A DNA stretch of 10,744 bases from a bacterium (GCA_965233585.1 CBDDTI010000248.1:1-10744); one strand, 5' to 3'. Counted from the stretch's first letter, positions 1 to 7,595 are shown. A program made the numbers and translations. Notes: a model not told the origin generated them from the letters alone.

Positions 1-897
1 GAGACCCTATTGCTGATAGAAAAAAAGTGATATTGACATTTTAAGCTGAGTTGTTTAAGGAGCAGGTCACTCAAAAAAGCTTTCTTTTTTGTCTTCACCT
101 ATTGCAAGTGAACATTAGGCTTTTCTACTCATTGAAGTGTCAGCCTCCAAAGTGCCTGCCATTCTGAGGAAATCCATCATGACAATAGCCGAAAAATTTG
201 ACTTTGAGAGCCACCATTTTGAAACTGTACTTGGAAGCCAGGCCGTGCTTGTGTTGTCATTCTGTCAGATTCAAAATTGGCGGGAACGAGATAAACCTCT
301 ACCTGATTTTGCATCTTTCACAAGATCAGTTAAAGGTATTTGTTCCAAGCAATTATCAACTTCACTCACTGTCATTTTCAGAGTTTGGAGAATGCTTGGC
401 TCAAAAGAATAAATATCAAGAGCAGCCATAACCCAGAATGGTATTAAAAGACTTGTTGGAAGACATTTGGATAGAATCTCTTGAACGGAATGTCATCACA
501 AAAATGCAGCCTGACTGCTCTGTTTCGTTAAAAAGATGACGGCAATGAGATGCTGAATTTTGGGCTCCTTTGGAGATGAATTTCAAAAGGAAACCCTGCA
601 CTTTAGAGGCTGAAATTCTGCAAGTGGCTAAACTAAGTAGGAGATTTTAATTAGCCTATGTTTTTTGGGGGGTGACCTTCTCCTTTGATGAGTTATCAAG
701 TGTAACCCTGAAATAAGGGTCACATCAAAATGTTGCAGTCCAGTGTACGGTATTTAATGGCACAAGGATTATTATTATAGGGATTGGTAAACCCATTTTC
801 TCTATTTCAACTGCCCCCAGCAAGCCCTATGATACTTCCCCTAAGTGTTTTTTAAGTGTGTGTATAATTAAATCCTTCCCAGGAATAGTAGATCAAT

Positions 898-1337
898 GAG
901 GGTCACACATGGGTGTCTCTGACATCATTCATGAGAGAAAAAAAACGATCAATCACGTATCATGGATATCAAAAGTTCATTTTCCCGAATCACGAAAGTA
1001 ATCAATTAAACTAAATGTTGTGTTTTTAATAGCCTGCTCTTACACTAGAAAGAGTGTTTGAAGAGCACAAACTTGTAGAATGACTATGTAAAGGCTTCTT
1101 ATTGAAAATTGCATTCCTAAAATCACTCAATAGACCACTCTAACCATTGGGAGGACTCGAGTCTCAAAATCACAAAGAATAGAGTGGTAAAATCATGAAT
1201 ATTGAGTCAGTTAGTAAATCAAGCTCTGTAAAACCTTCAGGTTGCAGATCACAAGGAATATAAATTTCTTCACTTCATGTTTCACAGAAAATAAAATTAC
1301 CTAATCACACATCACAAGAAATCCCTGTGCAACCCTC
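898..1337. mobile_element. Decayed non-autonomous DNA transposon with GAGGG...CCCTC termini and internal AATCAC(G) motif repeats
   Basis: Imperfect TIR GAGGGTCACACATGGG / CCCTGTGCAACCCTC, AT on both flanks. About 8 degenerate (A)ATCAC(G) direct repeats inside. Confidence 0.6.
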
Positions 1338-1758
1338 ATTAATAATTATTAAGTACAATAGTCCAATCTAAGCTAACGAAATCACAACATTATTTACAAA
1401 TGCCCCATAGTAAATTTATGTAACAACATAAAGAAATCAACAGTAAAATTATCCATGTCCTGAAATTTAAACTTGTGGCTAAAAACCACTGTGTAGTACT
1501 GCTTGCCTTGACTGTGTGATGATATAAAATTGCAATATTTAAACTTCCACTGCTTGGCAGTAATGCAAGATTTTCAGGTTAACTTTGCAGGAATCTCTAT
1601 AAAACTCAATATTTTTTCTTACATTGGTGTATAAAAAAGCAATTGTATGACTTTGAGACTTTTAATAGAAAATGACTGTAGAAGATTTCAATGTTAAGAT
1701 TAAAATTTCTTGTTAAATGCCTTCTGACAGACTTGCTACTGACATTAATAATTAAGAT

Positions 1759-1872
1759 CTAATGGAAGCCATTTTTGATTGGAGCACCAGCTAATATGCT
1801 ATGAACAGATGAGAAATTGTAACAGTCTCGGCAGACAGCCATGTATTTATCAGCTCCACCTATGACCTCAAC
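1759..1872 (-). CDS. TK1: TK1 terminal exon 7 (VEVIGGADKYMAVCRDCYNFSSVHSILAGAPIKNGFH*)
   Basis: Acceptor tctgttttcag|. Lasso motif EVIGGADKY and second zinc pair CRDC. TAG stop at 1759-1761. The seven exons sum to 630 nt = 209 aa + stop. Confidence 0.93.
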   Translation of the reverse strand, partial: VEVIGGADKYMAVCRDCYNFSSVHSILAGAPIKNGFH

Positions 1873-2076
1873 CTGAAAACAGAATCATCACAATTTAAGT
1901 CACAGACAGCAATAATTAGAGAGACTGATCTGATTTACCAAAAAAAAACTTGCACAAAAAGAGAAAAAAAAAACACAAGTGAGTACAAACAATGGGCATA
2001 AAAAGATACTATAAGACAGAACAAGATAGTTTATGCCATGCCATAAAACATACAGCCAATTAGTATTTTTTCCTAC

Positions 2077-2196
2077 CTTTTTCTCCTCGCCCAGTCTTTT
2101 TGTAAATGCAGCATCTTTGAAGCAATGCATGCAAACTGCATTAAGTTTGATAACACTTTCTGCTAGGGGAACAAGATCCAATACCCTGCCAAAGGC
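2077..2196 (-). CDS. TK1: TK1 exon 6 ([40 protein letters not shown])
   Basis: Acceptor ctttcacag|, 120 nt, donor AAG|gtagga. First zinc-binding pair CMHC. Confidence 0.96.
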
Positions 2197-2271
2197 CTGT
2201 GAAAGTCAGAAAATGTGTTATTGAAGATTTTTTTAAATGATGTTATAATCAAAATAAGAAAATTTAAAAAC

Positions 2272-2450
2272 CTGACAAGGTTAGAAACCTCAACTAGCAG
2301 GGGGCAAATCAGTTGGCTATTTACAAATGTGATCAAGGAACTGAGCTTGGGAATTACGTGAAACAAATCCAGCTAGTGACTGGTGCAAGACTTAAACCTG
2401 TGACCTCCAGATATCAAGTCCAACACCCTAACCACTTGGCAACACAGCCT
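2272..2450 (-). mobile_element. Degenerate tRNA-derived SINE in TK1 intron 5
   Basis: Minus strand AGGCTGTGTTGCCAAGTGGTTAGGGTGTTGGACTTGATATCTGGAGGTCACAGGTTTAAGTC has a tRNA-like head with decayed A box (2432-2442) and B box (2388-2398). The 3' boundary is approximate. Confidence 0.7.
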
Positions 2451-2651
2451 TCTCTACATTGATCAAAGCTTGTTGAGCTGGTTATGTATCTCTGTCAACT
2501 TACATAGGAGAAAAACTTTTAGCAGTTGTTTTCTGAAGAGTGTTGATAGCATTAGTTAACTGTGTTACTCTGCTGTTAACTGGAAACCAATATATTATTC
2601 CCAAAGTCATTCACAGAACCTCCAGTCATAGCAGTTGCCTACAGTACTCAC

Positions 2652-2741
2652 CTGCCGTTGAAATGTTCCATCTAATGCAGCAATTATTACAGTTTTTCCA
2701 AGACCAGCCATTTCTTCTGAAAACTCTACAACATCTGGAAA
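2652..2741 (-). CDS. TK1: TK1 exon 5 ([30 protein letters not shown])
   Basis: Acceptor tttcatcttag|, 90 nt, donor CAG|gtgagt. AALDGTFQR motif. Confidence 0.96.
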
Positions 2742-2849
2742 CTAAGATGAAAACGTGATTGGTAATCAATCCTTGTCTATTGTTTAGAAAATTTGTATCA
2801 ATACTGAATGATATTCATCAAAAATTTGCAAAACGTCAGATAGACTTAC

Positions 2850-2943
2850 AAACTGGCCTTCATCAATTCCTAAAACAGAATAATCCATAGCTTTACTCTT
2901 AATGTGATCTAACACTGAGCAAGCAGAGGCTCTTAGGGTTTGT
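2850..2943 (-). CDS. TK1: TK1 exon 4 (QTLRASACSVLDHIKSKAMDYSVLGIDEGQF)
   Basis: Acceptor tttttactcgcag|, 94 nt, donor |gtaagt. Contains the catalytic IDEGQF motif. Confidence 0.96.
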
Positions 2944-3169
2944 CTGCGAGTAAAAAAATAAAATCAATTATTACACTTCATTATAATAAATTTTCATGAC
3001 AAAAAATCACAAAATTAGAGAGAAGGGCAAGGGAGGAGTTGCAAAGTAGGTGGGGTGAGAAGATAGGTTTCCTAGGAGTCTCTCAGTCGGAAAATTATAC
3101 TCTTCTAATATTTACCTGAATTTCCCAGGGGATTGTGGGATTAGACTTGATCTACAAATTCCTTTTTAA

Positions 3170-3730
3170 AGTGGTACTATGATCAAAAAATCATTTCCTT
3201 TTTTTCTTCTGATTTTGAAAGCGTATTCGCTAAATATCCAACTGGCAAAATTTTGAGCTTTGTGTTTCATCCAAAGGCTGTTTATTTTGAGTGTAAGTTT
3301 TGGATTTCACGGTCAGCCATTACTCACATTGAAAACTGACCGATAGGACATCAGAGGGTTGGATCTAGAGAAAGTGACGTCATTTACTCACTAGCTTAAC
3401 ATTTCTGCGTGTAAACGCAAATTATTATATATGCAAAACACAGGTTTAAAGGTCTGAAAGAATGAAACTCCCGTGCTGCATATTAATTCAGCCGCGTACA
3501 CACGCATTGCATTCTTAAACTAGTGAGTCTTTGATGTCATTTTCTCCTCGACCCAGTTCTCTCAAAATTTTAAAGTTAGTAATGGCGGACCAATAAATAA
3601 GAAAATTCCAGCTAAAATAAACAGGTGTCTTTTTAAAATCAGAACTTAAAACTTGGGTCAGTTAGTGTTTAGTTAACATAGTTTTGAATGCCAAAGAGAA
3701 AAAGAATTATTTTTTGGTCGTAGTACCACT
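3170..3730. mobile_element. Non-autonomous Kolobok-type DNA transposon (561 bp) in TK1 intron 3
   Basis: TTAA on both flanks (3166-3169, 3731-3734). TIR AGTGGTACTATGATCAAAAAAT / ATTTTTTGGTCGTAGTACCACT. 5'-AG...CT-3' termini with TTAA fit Kolobok (RR..YY) rather than piggyBac (CC..GG). Confidence 0.85.
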
Positions 3731-4309
3731 TTAAAAGCCTGAATATACTTGTCATTAATTCATGAGCTTACATAAAGGACTATTGATATAAAAGCTAGTT
3801 AAGCTGAGCTCTTAGCTCTGAGTAGGCATGGACGTAAGAGGACATTTTGCTGAATTTCAAAAATGCAATTTCACACTTCTTTCCCTGTTTTCTCTTAAAA
3901 ATTCAATTTATCCACATCGGTTGAGTGCCTTTGTGAAGCTTACAATACTGATTTCCAGATAGATAGGCATGGACTTTATATGAGCTCATATATATCATTT
4001 ATTTCTTAACACAACCCCACAAGCTTAGCTTATAGCTTAAATAAAAGGTCCATTCATTGATTTCTCATCTTGCAAGTATATACACGTAGATCTTCTCACC
4101 AAATTACGGTCATTTCGCTCCATGATAAGATCGCCCCAATAAGTCAGTTGGCTCCAATCAAAAGTTAGAGCGCTCCACACAGCCGGAGTTAATTCACTAA
4201 CTCAGCTAAATGAGTTTGGCTTGGCAATGGATGAAAGAACAAAGAATAATAATCTATATGGACGTTTGAGCAATCTGACTTGGAGCCAAGTGACCGGATA
4301 CATTCTCAC

Positions 4310-4423
4310 CTATCGTGTGTTGCTACACCGTCCATATCGTAGCGGTTATCTTTCTCGTATTTTATCACCATGCAGGAATGGTTGGCTACCTGGTATCGCT
4401 TGATTCTTCTGAGCAGCTCAGTT
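4310..4423 (-). CDS. TK1: TK1 exon 3 (TELLRRIKRYQVANHSCMVIKYEKDNRYDMDGVATHDR)
   Basis: Acceptor tgtttcag|, donor AG|gtgaga. Phase fits both neighbours. Matches the TK1 TEL.RR..R / IKY.KD.RY / THD motifs. Confidence 0.96.
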
Positions 4424-4577
4424 CTGAAACACAATCGATTTCGAACAGCAAAGCACGTGTGAATGTCGCTATGTATGAAAACATCCACAACCTCTTTGGA
4501 AAGGCACTGGTTATTTATAACTAAAGAGTGTATTTGCAGGTAAAAGCAATAGCTATTCAAGACTTAAGTTTACGTAC

Positions 4578-4609
4578 GTTTTTCCCGAAAACATTGGTCC
4601 GAAGATGAC
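4578..4609 (-). CDS. TK1: TK1 exon 2 (VIFGPMFSGKT, P-loop)
   Basis: Acceptor ttatcttgaag|, 32 nt, donor |gtacgt. Encodes the TK1 Walker A motif GPMFSGKT. Confidence 0.96.
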
Positions 4610-4697
4610 CTTCAAGATAAGTCAAGGTGACAAAGTGTTAGCTTGTAAATTTCACGTGAAAACACAGCAAAATTCGCCATCTTGGCATAACATTCAC

Positions 4698-4763
4698 CTG
4701 GATTTGACCTCTCAAATTCACGACATTGTGAACGTCCATCCCTGGGATTGTTACCATAGACAT
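4698..4763 (-). CDS. TK1: Thymidine kinase 1, coding exon 1 (MSMVTIPGMDVHNVVNLRGQIQ); may extend upstream to ATG 4868
   Basis: ATG at 4763 in AAA-ATG context. 22 codons ending RGQIQ, the same length and ending as I recall for human TK1 exon 1. Donor CAG|GTGAAT. Confidence 0.88.
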
Positions 4764-4830
4764 TTTACAAGTTTTTGTAGCTTGTGGTTCACAAATCGTT
4801 CTTGATGTGGCCTTCGTTAGCGAGAACAGC

Positions 4831-4861
4831 GCGCCAAAAGATTTACAAAATTCGCGCCTAA
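4831..4861. promoter_or_regulatory. Two E2F-type binding sites
   Basis: GCGCCAAA at 4831-4838 is TTTGGCGC on minus, an exact TTTSSCGC consensus. ATTCGCGCCTAA at 4850-4861 matches 10/12 of the DHFR-type overlapping site TTTCGCGCCAAA. TK1 is a classical E2F target. Confidence 0.6.
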
Positions 4862-4948
4862 ACATCATGATCAACGAACCGCTGGAAAATATTACACCAG
4901 TCCTCCCGGGTGTGCTCTAACGAGAGAAACTGGTAAAGAGTTTATGTG

Positions 4949-4964
4949 GTTGCCAAGCAGTAAC
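4949..4964. promoter_or_regulatory. RFX X-box-like motif GTTGCCAAGCAGTAAC
   Basis: GTTGCC and AGTAAC half sites fit GTNRCC..RGYAAC, but the 4-nt spacer is longer than the usual 0-3. Lies about 30 bp upstream of the ATG of a ciliary gene. Confidence 0.5.
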
Positions 4965-4996
4965 AAAGAAAAAAGATCCAGTGCAAAGACCTAAAC

Positions 4997-5023
4997 ATGG
5001 CGGATTCAAAGCGAGAGATTTCT
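4997..5023 (+). CDS. CCDC96: CCDC96/CFAP184-like gene, coding exon 1 (MADSKREIS)
   Basis: Strong start context AAAC-ATG-G, donor |gtgagt at 5024. Phase 0 joins in frame to the exon at 5920. Confidence 0.78.
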
Positions 5024-5919
5024 GTGAGTATATTATCGTGATTCTTTAACATTTAATGGAAACATTAGCGAATTTTTTAGAGAATATTTTTGGGTATACC
5101 ACAGTAATCTTTTCCATTTTCTGACAAATTAGGTATAGTGTCTGCTATATGTTTAAACTCTTTTGGCAAGGGACAAGTAAGCTTACTTTCTTCAAGGTCG
5201 TGATTGACCGGTCTCCTTCATACCATGTCATCCTAATAACGGGCATGGAAATTTTTTAGATATTTCTACAGGCGAACGAGGTAGAGAGAACTGCACAAAA
5301 GACACAGTTTTAAATAAGTCACTGCTGACAGGTGCACCTCAGATCAGATCAATCAATTCACCCTTAATTTCTACTTCTGTTTGGAAGGGATTTTGCCCCA
5401 GAAAACTTTCAGGCAGACATATTTAAGGAGGTTTAATTGATCAGAAATTGGAGGTGCAGCTTATGTTCAGAAATCTTCAGCTATACATTGATTTAAAAAA
5501 TGGAAAATGATATTACAATAGTTTTGCACGCGGCCTCTTTTCTTGAATTCTTAGTTTTTCTGTCATCTGTGTCTGTCTCTAACATGGGAACTCTGCACTC
5601 TACTCAATCAACAATTTCTTTCAACTTAATCTCATATTACCGAGTTAATCAGGCAGTAGTAATTTTATACAAGTCCAAACATGACAAGTTAATATGCAAT
5701 GCAGGGCTGTCAATAAGAGCTGATAACCTGTTGCACCTGTTACGGTTTTGTGGGCCCTTGATGTTACCAGTGAACTTGCCTGTAGCTGATACAGGTCACT
5801 CACAAAGTATCAAGTTTGTCATGGGTGTGAAGATCAAGGCAACAGAGGGATCAAAACTTAATGGGAGCTCTGCAAATATGTTTCGTAACAAAATGTCTCT
5901 CACAAAATTGAATTAGCAG

Positions 5920-6216
5920 GAAAATGTCACAGAAACAGCTGATGCCACTCCCACTTCTCAGGTTGAAGTAGCAGAAACTCAAGAGGCAAATGATAACTCA
6001 CAGGGCCCTCCCTCGGGAGATGCTGTAGCTGAAGAGGCACCTTCTCAATCAGTGGATCAGCCATCACAAGCGGGAGAGGGTGGGGAGGTACCAACTGATG
6101 ATGTTGTAGGAGACAAGGCAAATCAGATACAAGAAGGAGGTGATGGTGGGGAGAATGTGGATTCAGTAGATGATGTTGACCAACCTCCAGAGAAACAAGA
6201 GCAGGTGGAACTGGAG
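5920..6216 (+). CDS. CCDC96: CCDC96-like exon 2, acidic low-complexity region (ENVTETADATPTSQVEVAETQEAND...EKQEQVELE)
   Basis: Tandem acceptor TAGCAG| (alternative start 5917). 99 open codons rich in E/D/Q/G/P. Donor GAG|gtaaga. Confidence 0.85.
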
Positions 6217-6530
6217 GTAAGACAAGACACACATTGCTCAGTTGTTTTCCTTATTAGAATCAACTGGTATGAGTTTTTGGAGTCCTCAAGTACAGGAAGC
6301 TTAGAATATGGAAGGTAAAGAAGTCTCTCAACCTTAAACACCCCAAATCAGATGATTTAGACCTTTTGAAAATCATTCAAGATTTCGCACTATTCTGAAT
6401 TTTTTTCTTTCTTACATAATTTTTATTTGACTCCTATGTCTGATCTCTACTTTATTGTTAAGTAGTGTTACAATAATTTAGAAAGAACAGCATTTCAACT
6501 AACTATTCTTTTACCTGCATTAAATTTTAG

Positions 6531-6572
6531 AAGGTTGAAGAGGAACAGGATGAAAATGCGCCTATACCAGAG
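6531..6572 (+). CDS. CCDC96: CCDC96-like exon 3 (KVEEEQDENAPIPE), GC donor
   Basis: Acceptor attttag|. 42 nt, frame-preserving, same acidic composition as its neighbours. Donor AG|GCAAGT. Confidence 0.78.
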
Positions 6573-6740
6573 GCAAGTCAACTGTATCCTTATTTTGAAT
6601 AATCACTGTGAATGATGTATCACACTATTTTGGTATATTTCATTATTTTTCTCGGATTGATCAGCATCACTTAAATTGCTGTTTTCCTTCTTGAACTGGC
6701 TGTTGTCATAATTTCACAAATGTTTTATTGGGATTTTTAG

Positions 6741-6948
6741 AATGAGGGAATCCCAGAGTCTGATGAAGGTCCCACTGTAGAGGTAGCTCAGCCACTGTCC
6801 AGGGGAGAGACACCCACTGGAGAACAGACGCTAACAGACAGTGAGGGCAAGGAGGAGCCTGATGCCTCAGCTACACCACCACCCCCTGAATCCCAGTCTC
6901 CAGAACCAGTAGTTGACCTGGAACAAATGGATACTTACATTGAATCAG
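6741..6948 (+). CDS. CCDC96: CCDC96-like exon 4 (NEGIPESDEGPTVEVAQPLSRGETPTGE...ATPPPPESQSPEPVVDLEQMDTYIES)
   Basis: Acceptor atttttag|, 208 nt, donor CAG|gtacta. Phase 1 matches the exon at 8047. Confidence 0.87.
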
Positions 6949-7154
6949 GTACTATCCATGATACAAAAAAAGAAATCTTGCCAAATGGGTTGATGGGGAG
7001 ATCTTTGGACCATTTTGTATCATTTGTCAAATTGCCTAGATTGGTTTAATATAATTTTTAAAGCCAGCTGAGAATTTTTGCTATAATGTAAAATAATTTA
7101 TTTCAGTGGGATTTGATGTTGAATGTACTGCATTATCCAGCTGCCTTCTTCTTA

Positions 7155-7595
7155 AGGCTGGTTTTCACTAGTGACGGAGTCGTAGTCAGAGTCGTAATCA
7201 GAAGGGTAGAGCGATACAATCTAGTGAAAATCAAACCGACGGAGTCGGAAGCAGAACACTGATTCTGCCTATGTCTCAGTTGCTTACGATCAAGGGAAAA
7301 CAGCATTGTCGGATTCGCAAGCAGAAGCAGAAGAATAAACCAATGACAATGTTTGCTTCTGGATCGGTTGGTTCTTCCGCTTCTGCTTCCAACTCCAACA
7401 ACCTAGTTTTCACTGGATCATAAGTGACGGAGTCATAAACGGAATCGGAAGAAATGGAAACGTTCAGATTCTTCCAACTCGATTCCGTCAAGCTTATGAC
7501 TCTGCTTACGACTCCAATTTTCACTAGGTCATATGCTCTCTTATGACTCAGACCATGACTCCGACTCTGACTCCGTTACTAGTGAAAACCAGCCT
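7155..7595. mobile_element. PIF/Harbinger-type MITE (441 bp) in CCDC96 intron 4
   Basis: TIR AGGCTGGTTTTCACTAGTGACGGAGTC / GACTCCGTTACTAGTGAAAACCAGCCT. 3-bp TTA TSD (7152-7154, 7596-7598). Subterminal GGAGTC/GACTCC 6-mer arrays. Confidence 0.88.

Larger units (their letters stand above)
4764..4996. promoter_or_regulatory. Bidirectional promoter / 5'UTR region shared by TK1 and the CCDC96-like gene
   Basis: Divergent start codons 233 bp apart. Visibly CpG-rich compared with the distal gene bodies. Confidence 0.8.

Noticed and set aside
1661..1666. ATTAAA on minus as the TK1 poly(A) signal
   Set aside because: A variant hexamer in AT-rich DNA cannot be supported without 3' end data.
3977..3992. 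16-bp palindrome TATATGAGCTCATATA and nearby TAGGCATGGAC direct repeats
   Set aside because: AT-rich and short with no definable boundaries; probably remnants of a decayed repeat.
1759..4763. Viral or horizontally acquired thymidine kinase
   Set aside because: Six spliceosomal introns at apparently ancestral positions indicate the native nuclear TK1.
5500..5916. 138-aa plus-strand ORF, in frame with CCDC96 exon 2 and separated from it only by the TAG of the acceptor (readthrough idea)
   Set aside because: No recognisable domain and intron-like composition. The TAG is explained as a splice acceptor, and exon 1 at 4997 already supplies a strong start.
5927..6341. Minus-strand ORFs 5927..6232 and 6123..6341
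   Set aside because: Antisense shadows of the low-complexity CCDC96 exon 2.
7276..7524. Minus-strand 82-aa ORF (likewise 8194..8451 and 10418..10729)
   Set aside because: Inside MITEs or antisense to exon 8; no transposase motifs.
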